Of a DNA stretch of 64,000 nucleotides, positions 22,048-34,700 are shown one piece after another. The first letter of the stretch is position 1. Every line of letters starts with the position of its first letter. The position numbers and the translations under genes are program-made. The notes under the pieces were generated by a model. That model had not been told where the DNA came from, made no database searches, and saw nothing but the letters and a program-made list of their open reading frames with translations. Source of the stretch: Mytilus edulis (taxonomy: Eukaryota). Location of the stretch: positions 58,218,001 to 58,282,000 of the forward strand of contig NC_092354.1 of NCBI RefSeq assembly GCF_963676685.1, in the 5' to 3' direction.

Positions 22048-24539
22048 AAGTTACCGGGACCGATATTATAAAATAGCTAGATAAAGAAGATCTATGACTA
22101 AAAGTTTCAAGAGTCAATTCTAATGTTATTATCTAATAGTCACAATTTTATATGATAGTATAAAATCAGCGATACTTTACAAAATAAACTAAAAAAACAA
22201 ATGAAATATAAATCAAAAAAGACAATAAAACCACCAATAAATAAAAAGCTGCACCACGAGCGTCTTTTGAAATTAACATAATGTTTTTAGAATAGAAAGG
22301 GGGTTGTACAGGAAGTCATGCGAAGTATATTCTGTCTCATTTTTTATTCCTGTTAAATTGGAAATGCATATAAGAGACAGAAAAAGAAATTGCTCACAAC
22401 ATGCTTTATATGGTGTTTTTTTTTTACCAAAAATCTCAATACAAATTCAATAACTTAATAATAATATAAAGAATCATTATGAAAAAAATATACAGATCTT
22501 ATTATAATATAACTGACAAGTGTGCGAAAGTTCATGCAATAATCATAAATAGTTTTTGAGATACGGCGCGACATGTGAAAAAACACCACCCCTGTTTTAG
22601 TTACAAAGTCCCGTAACTCAATTTAAATAAATGTTTCCCCGACATATGTCGTAAAATAACACATGAAAGGAAAATGTTTATTAAAAAATTAACATTAAAT
22701 CGTGTTAAAGGCTGTTAAATACAAGAAAACATCGCAACTGCCACAGACTCTGACATTTTAAAGGAAAACCTCTGTTCAAACCAGAGACACAGTGATGATG
22801 TAAAGAACATCCTTGTTTTTATCCTGAACCAACCACAATTTCAAACTTGTTTATATTTTTTTTCCGGTTTTGTTGATCACAACTTGTACAGCACCTGTTC
22901 TTGATGACACAGCATCAACGTGATGGTATTTTTTACGAAAGAAAAGGAAGAAGTAAATGCAAAGTCTTAAAACATAGGTTTAATAGCACAATAGGTTGTG
23001 TACACTCATTACCTGTTTGATCATGCGATGTAGATATTTCCCTAATTCTTCTTTCATTCTCGTATATGTACATGGCCATCAGTGCTAGAAGAATAGCATT
23101 ACAGAACAAAATTACATAATCCATGTCTTTGAACGGATTTTTTCAAAACAAATTCTAGTGTTGAGGATATTTAAAACACAATATGGTGTGTATTTCGTTG
23201 ACTACAACTATACACAACACATAATCAAAGGAGGAAATCAGTATTCAAAATAATCAGTCAGTTAAAACAGGTAGAGTTCATTCTACATTTAAACCTAGCG
23301 TGTATCGATTGATAATTAAAAATTGGTTGTCGCAATGATTAGAATGTAAAATTATCGATTAGAGTTTTTTCTTATAACTGTGTTTTTTTTCCTTATATAT
23401 TTGGCCTCGAGCGCCATAGAAGTCCAAACGCACTTCTGGTACCGGTTGCGTTATCATTACCACTGGGTTGATTCTTTTCTGTTACAGCCCGATGTTAAAT
23501 TCAGCTCAGTATGTAGTAGTTCTGATTTGGCATGCACATACTGATATCGTTTTTATTGACATTCGCCTCTCAACAAAATTGAAACGGTTTTAATTAGGTG
23601 ATATTATCTTCCCCATGCAAAGCTCTGATTCATTTTCATTGCATGTTGCTCTATTTTAGATCATGTTGGATTTGATCAGCTCTTCAACGTCTACATTAGT
23701 TTTGTATTTGATTTATATATTTTTTTGCCTCGAGGGGACCACGAAGACAGATTAATTGTCGACTTGCTCATCGGGTGCAGTTTAATTGAAACATATTCAC
23801 TTTTAAATTGACAAAAAATATTTTTTGAGATTTTGTTCTTTCCGTGAAAATAATCGAACATCTACACCCTGCGAAAATAATCCGCTATACGGTATTTGTA
23901 TGTACATATGCAAGATGTCAGATGCTTGCCCCGGGAAGCTTATTAGAACCTTTATTTTTATTTTCGATCAATTTATCAATTTACAGTATACAATAGAACA
24001 GGAAAAGATCTAGGCTTAAAATAACGGTATACTAGGTAACAAAGATTTACTGTATAAAAGAATGATCATCGAAAGATAGTTATCGCTGACGAATAATTGA
24101 TAATCAATATGCATTTGGTGATTAAAATTCACATCTTTAACTTTACTTGAAGCATTTCGTTTTTTAATTGAGATATATATGTTGTGTGCATTGCAATGCT
24201 AGGATACAATGCTGCGATATCTTTTTGTATCGTGTAACTTTATCGTGTTGTCATGGTTGCTTCGAGATTCAAAAGAAACTTACCGTACAAGGTTTATACA
24301 TGTACAGTTGACTATTACGATTGAAACACCTATTATGTCATAGTTTTTAATTTGTCATGGAGAACTGGTGACGACAGATTTATTGCAAAAAGATGCCTAT
24401 ACTACTAAAAAGGACAACAAATGTTACTTTGTCCACGAAAACCAACTGTCTATGATTATCTTTTCAGTTTTTAAAAATAATATACATTATTTGTTATTTT
24501 TATACTTAGCAGTCAGGTGAGACGGTTAGTGTAATATTA

Positions 24540-24700
24540 ATCAAGGTTTCAAAAAGACAAGAAAAACTTCGATTAGAAATGAGTACATTTACGCCGGTGA
24601 TAGAAAGGAAACATCGTATTGATCATAACAAGTCCTTTTCACCACTAGCTGCTTGTCTGTGTGATATCTCGGTGCTGTTGTAAACACTTAAAGATCTAAC
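24540..24700 (-). pseudogene. Decayed C1q exon relic (duplicate of 14400-14560)
   Basis: Same alignment to the LHLQMVxNxSEIS region of the C1q exons. Confidence 0.55.
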
Positions 24701-25897
24701 TGATCTCCAACGCCTCGACTATGTATATATGCATGTGTGTGGACATTTTGTTTCCAAGCATTTTTTTCTCCTAGCTACATATTAATGCAAGATATTTGAA
24801 GAATTAAACAAATATCAAGTATTAATGACAAACATATTTACAAAAAAACCGAGGTACAACTAGTGTGTACGACAATGACCGAAAAACGCTGTATGCTTTC
24901 CAAATGTTTTACATACAATCTGCAAAATTTGTTGAATAAGACAAAAAATGACTCTCACTTGACCATCACATTAACTAAAAAATAAGTTCCTATTCACAAG
25001 GAGTTACAATGATCTGAATTGTTAAGAACGTCAAACAATTTATCGATTAAACTGCTTACTGATCCAAAGCGCCTGTGTTACCTTTCACTTTATTTTTGTC
25101 ATGTTTTAAAATCCTGGATTTCAATGCGAGTTATGTTGTTCATAGACATATTTTGTGTGCTGTATTGTTTAGTGTTGGTTTGTGCTTGATATGGCTTTTC
25201 GTTGAGTTCTCTCTTTTTATCCTACTTTAGGTTACTGTAAAAACAATAGACTACTTTGAGACTGGAAAGTAAAATGTTCACATTTGAAATATCAAAAAAT
25301 AAAGTTAAAAAACTTCATGTAAATTTAGTCGGAGTTACTACTGTCATCAATGAGAAATCTGAGTACCGGTGCGATAAAGAGGGTTTGCATCAAAGTTAAG
25401 CGATACGGATAAAACAGCTGGCTATTTATAAAAAAAAATAATATTCAAAACTACTGTATTTACTTAAAAATATTATGTCTTTAAATGCTACTACTTAGTC
25501 CTACATTTCTTTATCAATCGCGTCTAATCGTGTATGCGTTGCGGTATTCCTTGTGTACTCATGCAATACTCGACTTACAATACCACTGTATACTATCATC
25601 CAAATTCTGTAAAAATCAAAACAACTACTACGAACTCTTTGGCATTTATAGTCAAACCTCTTCTAACAATTCAATGTATCAAATCATAATCTGAGTTTGT
25701 TAACACTTTATCGACATCGTTACATGTATTGTTTTGCTTAAGATGTATTTTCTGATATCCTGTTACCGCGACATCGAAAATGTGCTCATGAAAAAAATAA
25801 AAATACAAAAATGTTGAAATCAACACTGAAAACACCAATAAACCTCAAGCTATTATACCTTATAATATTAATACTTTCAACAAATTAAAAAAAAACA

Positions 25898-26163
25898 ACA
25901 CGTGGGTGTGACCAAGGTTAAAAAAACATACACGTGGGTGTTACCAAGGTTTAAAAAAACATACACGTGGGTGTTACCAAGGTTTAAAAAAAAACTTACA
26001 CGGGGGTGCTACCAAGGTTTAAAAAAACATACATGTGGGTGTTACCAAGGTTTAAAAAAACTTACACGGGGGTGCGACCAAGGTTTAAAAAAACATACAT
26101 GTGGGTGTTACCAAAGTTTAAAAAAAACATACACGTGGGTGTTACCAAGGTTTAAAAAAACAC
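25898..26163. repeat. Minisatellite, ~33-bp unit, 8 copies
   Basis: Unit acacgtgggtgttaccaaggtttaaaaaaacat; single copy at the paralogous site 15774-15810. Confidence 0.92.
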
Positions 26164-26737
26164 TAGGTTATGTTGGTTTCAATATAGAAGTATGCAAGTT
26201 GTACACTTTCAAGGAAGAGGCAGAAACTATAGAAAAGTTACTTAAGGGTTTTCAAATTGTAGCGCACATTTTGCACAATCTAAATTTATGGATTTTTCAT
26301 ATAATTCATATTGAAATTCCACTAGAATTGAATATTGTCATTTTTGGGTCTATGAATATTATAAATTGACTTTTATTAAAAATAAAGTTATATGATAAAG
26401 TATTTCATTTGCAGATGCGAAATGCAGGACCTCATGTAAAAGGAAGGTGATTACGTTCATGTAATTATCTATCTGCTTGCTATATATATATATATATATA
26501 TATATCTTAACTGTTTATCTAGTTATATGTGTTTATAATTTTGTAGTTTGTTATAAAGCTGTATAAAAGAAAACTTGATTTTAGAGAAATATAGTTACTC
26601 AAAACATTCAAATGAGGAAGAATATAACTCGTACTGGAACTCTTGGGTAAAGGTGACTGTTTTAATCTAAATGAGGTAAATGAATATACATATTTGTGTA
26701 TACGAGTATTTGAAAGTATTTGTAAACTGTTATACCA

Positions 26738-27062
26738 ATAATTACATTAAATGTATGTTTCACTATAATACGTTATTCTGATTGGCTAACTGTACATCAC
26801 GTGTTATTCCTTAAGCAGTTGTATCACACAATAAAACTTTTCATTCATGATGACACGAGGTCCCACAATAAAGTGCAAAGGTAAATGAAATAATAACTTG
26901 ATAAAAGGCGTGTTTTCATGATCCTATAGGTAAAAATGTAATCATAAGTATTGAATGCTTTTTTTTTTGTAACTTTATAGGGGTGTAAAAGCGTTGACCG
27001 AAGTACATTTTGTATGAAGCGCGGAACCAATAAATTTACAAAAAAAGAACATTCAATTCTTA
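26738..27062. mobile_element. Non-autonomous Crypton-like element, same family as 16850-17214, opposite orientation, partial hairpin-arm deletion
   Basis: Reverse-complement match to 16850-17214; empty site at ~16624-16635 (caataaaaat). Confidence 0.8.
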
Positions 27063-28705
27063 TAAAAATAAATATATTTTGATACCTGTAAATTTCTGCA
27101 GAAAAAAATAAATTAGAAAAATAAAAAACAACAAAACAAAACTACAAGAAAAATTCAAAACGGAATGTCCCCTATCAAATTGCAGAACCAAAATTATAAA
27201 CGAATGAAAAACAACTGTTACATTTTCCTTTCCTTACTTTGATCAGACATTTCCTTATGCAACAAATGTCGAAATGCATTTAGTTACAAAATGATGACAT
27301 GCATCATGTTTATGTTTATGATATGAATCATGGTAATATAAAGGACGTACTTCAAATGTGATTTGCATGATATTTCTTATAATAAAGACCTTTACTAAAT
27401 ACAGGTCGGTGTGCAATTCTTCCAGAAATAGTTTGAGGCCATTAATATCCTACATATCGAAACGACTTCTCTCTAAGTGAAAATATTCCGTTAATAATAG
27501 CCATCTTCCTTGTTTCATCGAGTATTAAATCAACAGATATTGCTACCTTTACTAGTTTCTTGTAGAAGCGAGCATATTTTAATCGATGTATGTTCATGTT
27601 GGATGGTGCAAGTTTGTTTAGTTTGTACTCACATAAAAAGGGATGATGCTAATAAAGTACCCAGCTGATACAATTTTTTTGTTGTGGTGATGTATAAGTT
27701 ACCTCCCACGTGCACTCTGTCTTATCTTAAGTATATTGATTGGATATGCCTCTTTCAACAGAGTTTTAGTTTGTTCTTATGCTGAACTGTAACACCAAGC
27801 TTCAAACCACAACGATTTCCCTTTGTTCGTGGTCTAGGAATATAGTTTCCAATAATTATATGGGCTTTGTCTTCCTAAGTATTCTGTCTACTGTTTTATT
27901 TAAAATATTTACTATGTAAATGGTCCTATCAGCTGCATAAATATTAAAAAATATAAAACATGTGGAAAAAAATTATTGTTGAAAGTGAAAGTAGTGATTT
28001 GGCCAAAATGAAAGTAAAAAAGAAATAGCCGTCGTCATTTATTCAAGATTCAAATCCTACCATGTTATTGGGCTCTCAAAAAGAAAAAGCTCGGATGGAT
28101 TGTCCTGGAATACTTATATTTTTTTAGAATAATAATAGTCTAAAAGAAATAATTTATTTCATGTTTAAAGCGGTGCAAATTATTTTAATTTAATAATTTT
28201 TACGAAAAATGCATTGTAGCCAAGGGAGAGAAAAATTGTTGTCTCAGGCCCCCACTGTCCCATGTCAAAGGAGGATTAGTTCCTTCAAACGTGTTTAAAC
28301 CTGTAACACTTTGAATGTGCCAGTCATAAATAAGGGGCCTGTAATTCAGTTGTTGTGATCTGTTGCCGTGTAACATACATGTTTTTGTTTTTCGTTCGTT
28401 AGTTTATACTAATACAATTTGGAGTTAGCTCCTTGGTGAAGGGCGTATGGTGACCTACAGTTGGTAATTTTTGTACCATTTGGTCTCTTATGTAGAGATT
28501 TTTTATAGGCAATCATTTCCCATATTTTTTTATATTAACACAGTTGTACGTTTCCACAACAGAGTTGCGAAAGATAGCAGAGGGACAGTCAAACTTATAA
28601 ATCGAAACTAAACTGACGACGCCAAGGCTAAAAAAGAAAAAGATAGACAACCAATAGTCCACAAAATACAACATAGAAAATAAGGACTAAGAGACATGAA
28701 CCCAA

Positions 28706-29138
28706 TCAACATATGTGGCTGTTCGTAGATGCTCATGAAGGGTAAGCAGATCCTGTCTCGCCAACTTTTTTTCAGAGCATATACTAAAACATAATTTTAT
28801 TGTATTTTGATAATGCATTAGTCGACGTTGCTGTTTTCTTTATAAATTGTATATTTTAGTTTTCGAACGAGTCAGTATTGATGAAGTATGTTGTACTGTT
28901 CAATAAAATCGCGTACTTTCTTCAACATATGTGGCTGTTCGTAGATGCTCATGAAGGGTAAGCAGATCCTGTCTCGCCAACTTTTTTTCAGAGCATATAC
29001 TAAAACATAATTTTATTGTATTTTGATAATGCATTAGTCGACGTTGCTGTTTTCTTTATAAATTGTATATTTTAGTTTTCGAACGAGTCAGTATTGATGA
29101 AGTATGTTGTACTGTTCAATAAAATCGCGTACTTTCTT
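28706..29138. repeat. 216-bp tandem duplication, apparently identical copies
   Basis: 28706-28921 repeated at 28922-29138. Confidence 0.93.
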
Positions 29139-29441
29139 GTCAGATTACGCTTTGTATGTATTGTTGAAATGTTCTTATGTTAAAAATGTTAAAAATAGTT
29201 CTTATGTTAAAAATAGTTGAAATTTTGGAAGAAACATATATATTCAAAACTAATATGAACACGACAATAGATCCAAAACCCTGTTGAAATTTTCTGTTAT
29301 TTAGTTCCTTTACTTAAACACATTGTAGTATCTCATGAACATTACAATAGATACATATACACGTCAAACTTTACAACTGTATTTATATCAAATAAACAAA
29401 AAAGTTTTTTGTTAAAAATTTTAATAGTGAATTTTTAGTTT

Positions 29442-30888
29442 TTAGATACGGTAACCCGTGAAGAAGCTCCAATCGCCATGTATTATTTCTGGTCCAAATC
29501 CAGGAAAATGACGCACTTTGACAATATCTTCCTTGTGCAGATATACAATTGCATTCATTGCCCCTGTCTGCGATCCGCCACCAGATGCTGCGTGCCCTCG
29601 TGATATCTCGCTGATGTTTTTTACCATTTGAAGATGTAATACAGTTGCATTATATGGTCTAAGAAATGTACAGGCAAAGAAGTAAATTCCATCATAGGGT
29701 GCTGTGAAATGACCCGTATGTTTGTTATAGGCTTGACCAATATTGGTAATCAACTGATCAAAAATTACTGTCTGTCTTGAGCCGAGGGTTATATACGGTT
29801 TCAATCTTGCATGAAATGCAACTTCAATGGAAGAGATTGGAGAACCTGCTTTTATAATTAAAAGGAAAAAGAAAACAATCAATGTTTGTACAATCTATGT
29901 AATCAATTATTGAACTAAACTACATGACTTAGTGGTTGTTAACAGCTTGTTTCACGATGTTTAGTTTTCCTTATGTTTGAGTTGCTGTGTTATCTATATG
30001 TCTGTTGTTAAAATCGGTGGAACGTTTTGTATTTCTACGTCAGTAACTACTGATGATTATCGAATACTTCCATTTACGTATTCTTACTTAAAGACTAAAA
30101 TGATTTACTAGTCTAAATGAATAAATTCCATTTAAAATTATGAAATTTAGACTGAGTATAGATTTATATAGCAGGATACACTTCAAGATGATGCTTATCC
30201 TGTTGTCGCACACTGTTTCGTTTGTTTTGATATTTTTATTTACAAACGCTTTACCGAAGAATTTTATGGAATTGACTTTCAAGCTGCTTGTTCTATCAAT
30301 AATCATATTTTGCTGATTGCTGTGAACATTGCTTGTGTTCTCTTTATATTTTTTTATAAAAAAAATCATCTTGCTAAAACTTACTCTCTCCAAGCAGTCT
30401 GTTGGTTCTCTGCAGTGTATTAATTGCCCCTAATAATGCTGCCTTAGATTTACCTAAAATAAGATGATTTTTACAACATTTGTGTGTAAACTTTCATACC
30501 TGGCCTCTACAATTGAAGCTTCTAATACAATATATTTGTAATATTACTTTGAACTCTTAGTCAGCATCAACCCTTAATCAATGAAACCAGGATATGGAAT
30601 CGTTATAGGAGAAGCCAATAGTACAAAGACATGTACAGGTCATAAAAACCAGTTTCAAACGCACAATGTTCAATCAAAAAATAAATATGTTACTTTTGAC
30701 AAGATACTTTTCTATCAACCTAAGAAATAATTTAAAACTTATGTTGTAGACTACAGATGGCATTTCTTTGATTTTAAAATGAAAAAAATCAAACAAGTCA
30801 AGTACATACCAATATTTCGGCAACAGTCCTTCTCACCATAAACAAGCAAAATTGTACCGAACAGTATGTTAATATATAGGTTTCTCAT
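29442..30888 (-). CDS. Secreted C1q-domain-containing protein (C1qDC), copy 3, 183 aa, three exons
   Basis: complement(join(29442..29845,30385..30453,30810..30888)); GT-AG phase 1 introns; MRNLYINILFGTILLVYG-EKDCCRNI-GKSKAALLGAINTLQRTNRLLGES, then gC1q VAFHARL...TGHFTAPYDGIYFF...FFTGYRI*. Confidence 0.93.
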
Positions 30889-31575
30889 TTTGGTCCTGAG
30901 AAGTATTTTTTATAAATGAATCGGTATGTAAAATATCAAACTTTAACAAAAAACTAACATTTGATTTCGTTTAGCAGTGATTACTAAAATAATAACATAG
31001 AGTCATTTGATATTATAATGATAGTATTGCGTGCAACTAAAAACTTTCCATCCTATTCACCAATCAATAGATTCGTTTAACCTATTTGGAAAGCTGTACA
31101 TTTTGAAAAACAGTATACAACAATACCGAGCTCCAAGCTAAACTGATGATAGTCACTTTGGAGACTACTTGAAAGATATTTGATAATCATCCAGCGACAC
31201 ATATTACACTCATTTTTGACACTGGAACATGCACATTTTACATTAATATATTGAGCTTTATTTCAAACTATGATATTACCCTCATGAACAGATAGTTTCG
31301 AGCAGCGACGCAGTCACAAAATAGCACATGCAAATAAGAAAAGAACAAAACACAAAATATTTGGGAAAACATAATGATATGAAATATTTTAGTCATGCTT
31401 CTGATTAATATCATATTCTGTCTTTTAATCAAGAAAACGTTGGGTTTGTTTTGTATTTCAGTGACATCTTGTTAGGTACCTTAAACTTGGTATACTAAAC
31501 CTGATTGAGTGCTGCCGCTAATGGACCTTTGGTTTAGAAACTTTATTTACAGTATATTATAGACAACTATATATA

Positions 31576-31778
31576 TGAGGGTTTGGATGGGGTTAAATGA
31601 TTAAAGAGTAATGCCCTTAAAAAATGAAGATTAGAGAATAATGGGCCAAAAAATAGAAGATTAGAGAAAAAAAGGGTTAATTTTTGGAAGATTAGAGACA
31701 AAGGGGTTAATTTTTTAAAGATTAGAGAAAAAAGCGGTGAAAATCAAATGTTTACAGACCCCCTCATCCAGACCCTCA
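31576..31778. mobile_element. MITE with TIRs in a TA-repeat site, internal ~31-bp repeats
   Basis: tata|tgagggtttggatggggt ... accccctcatccagaccctca|tata; internal aagattagaga motif x4-5. Confidence 0.8.
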
Positions 31779-34700
31779 TATATAATAAAACACGATATGC
31801 TAAGTCAATAACTAAATAAAAGAAGATTTGCATTCACCCTAACTTAACACAAGTGTAAATGGGAACATCTTATTCTGTCTTTAAATGTTTAATAGTTATG
31901 AAGCAAGTCATGTTTATACTTTGGCTTGTCCCAGACATTATTCAAATAATTACAGATCAACGATAGTAAAATCAACGTTCCCTGGTTTCGAAACGTAGAC
32001 GTTATATATCTCAGAAATGCATAAATTAAATTGATTCATTATTGTTTGCAAATAGTGTTTGGTAATTATGCCATTCATGTTCAGTATCATCATTAAACAA
32101 GTACTAGAAGTTATTCAAAAATGTAAATACCCTGATGAAGGAAAGGTTGTTATGTTTTCCATAGGGTAGATAAATATATGTTGGACATTGGAAACAGAGT
32201 TTGTCTTGGAACAAACCACATTCAAATTTTTGAGTTCGTCAGCAAGCATAATACGCGGCACTGGTAGAACAAGCGATATCGGAATTGACCTAACATTCCA
32301 ACGGGAAATAGATGCGTAAACTAGCATTCCACAGAGTAAATTGATAACCCTAGGCCTGTCCAGAGGGATAAAGTATAAATAACCATAACGTTATACCTAA
32401 GTAACTGCTAGATTTCAAACTTGATATTAAGGTTAGTCAATAGTTGAGGTGCAAGTGGGTTTGTAATATTTTAGTTAATCTCCATTTACCTGAAATTAAG
32501 GCAAAGACATAGTCGATATCTGTTAATCTTCTTACTGATATGAGCTGTTTAGACCCGTCAAGACCGTGTCAGACCAAAACAGATCAAATCTCAAAATAAA
32601 CTTTCAAAATTGTCAGACCCTGTTCAGATCCGTTCAGTATGCTGGTATGATACTATGAGTTACGCCCCTTCTGCTTGATTAGTGCATTTTAGATTAATTA
32701 TATATTTATTAGGAGTTAAAGTACTATATCTCTCGAATAAATAATTATAAAAAAAGTTGATAATTAAAAGATTAAATCCTCTGTTGATTCTTTATTGATG
32801 GTGTTGTTTTGTTGAGGAGCTTATAAAATTATTCGTCTATTTATGTTGCTTATCTTTTAATAAATGTTATTTTATTTATTTATATAAAATGTTAAATGTA
32901 AGGACGTATGTTAATCGTATACACAAAAAAATGTTTGCCATATATTTAACCTTAACATGTTGTGAACCCTTTGTGAAAAAATGTTTCGTATTTGAAAATT
33001 AGAAACGGAAAAATCTTAAACGTTACCACAAAAAAAAAGGAGATGTGGTATAATTGCCAATTAGACAATCCACAGAAATGAAGCGGAAGCAAATTAACAC
33101 ATGCGTATTTTTGTTTTATGGGTAGTTATGTCAACTTATCGATGGGTGTGTAAATGGCAACACTCCTTTTGCGCCATTTATTTTTGGCGGAATCGTATAT
33201 TTTATTTTTGGCGCAATTGATACCATGTAATTTTAAAACAGGTGGCGCAAACGTAGCATTAGAGAAAAAAAGTTGTGGCGCAAAAGGACGCATTTTTGGC
33301 GCAAACGGATCTCTCCCGTGTAAATAATGTTGTGATTACCTAAATATTGACACCTGTGTGTTACATCACTTTGCAAAAGTTTTGATGTAAAGTATATTTA
33401 CATGCATGTTGATTTTAGCAGCACGAATTTATATTGGTTTATAATACAATGCAAATTAAGATCGATTAACAGGTGAAACTTCTGATCTGTGTTTTAAAGA
33501 ATAGGTACAAATATATGTTTACTGTCGAATATGGTAGTCACATTTATATTTGCATTGGATATCACTTCTTTCCAAAATTCAGTACTCACAATAACATTTC
33601 TTGTGGATGTATTTTCGTATTTTTCTTGGAAAACGTCTTTTTGTGAATTTATTCAGCAACAAATTAAACTGGCTATCTTTTTTTTTGAATACCATACAAC
33701 ATTTGTTTTTTAAACGGAATGTCGTATTTCCTTCCCCTCTTATTTCAAGGGAAATCGACAATTTGTTTAATCCCTCTCCCCTTTTTCCTCCGGTCCAGGA
33801 ATATGAGTTGGCATTAATAAATAATAAAATGCTTTTTTCACAAGATCTACTTTGGAGCAGAATCTCGGACTTATACCTTTCTCTAAAAGCCCAAGCATAC
33901 AGTTCTCAAATTTGTGTATTTTGTTGTCTGAATTACCATGTACATGCATGAGGATAATAATAGGTCACCATTTGTAAAGATATCATATGAAGATGTTTCA
34001 CGGATATCATGGATATAAGAATAATGTGCAAAAAAGTAAACCTGGAAGCGAGGTAAAAAATATGGATAAAAGAATATACAGAGGTGATGAAATATAAAGA
34101 ACATATTGATTGATTGTTCTTGTTTTTAACATCCAGTGGCAAATATTTGATTCATTTAAGGCAGACAAATATTTAGTAGAAAGATAAATGGTAAAAACAT
34201 AAAAGATATAGAAATATAGAAATGATGATCTGAACTCCCTTCCCCTCAAAATAACCTCACACGTATAGTTGCATATATACATTTCTAATAAAAAAAATCT
34301 GGATTCGCCTCTATAGTACATGTATATGGCTTTTCAGTTAAAATGCTTGAGTTCAATGACATTATAATTAAAGCTAGTGAATTAGTCTAAATGTCCGTAC
34401 AATGTATAGTAATATTTCTTTTCATGACTTGTTTATTCCTAAATATAAGCCTTTTCTATTTTTATCTGACAAGTCCACACAAGAATTTGCATTAGTCTAG
34501 AAAGTTCGCTATAGTATTCCATCAATGTTTTAGTGCAGGTGTGAGAGCTTAGACTAGTTAGTGCACCAAATCAGCCTAGGTGGTTTTTAGACGTACCGGC
34601 AAGTCCCTGGCCTACAATACCACAACCATCCTTTTGATGATCAATTTGTTACCTTGCTAGGACTATCATTGTTATTAATGTTATTATTTTATTTTTACGC

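Larger units (their letters stand above)
22464..27732 (+). repeat. Segmental duplication, copy B
   Basis: Colinear with 12816-17654, with copy-specific insertions and indels. Confidence 0.95.

Noticed and set aside
25902-26369. 155-aa ORF
   Set aside because: Translation of a minisatellite running into a decayed LINE fragment
30908-30914. TATA-like box upstream of C1q copy 3
   Set aside because: Only ~20-26 bp from the ATG and not conserved in copy 1
32131-32165. CTGATGA followed by a hairpin
   Set aside because: No GAAA core or closing stems
33531-34321. Cluster of overlapping short ORFs
   Set aside because: No recognisable motif or consistent exon structure
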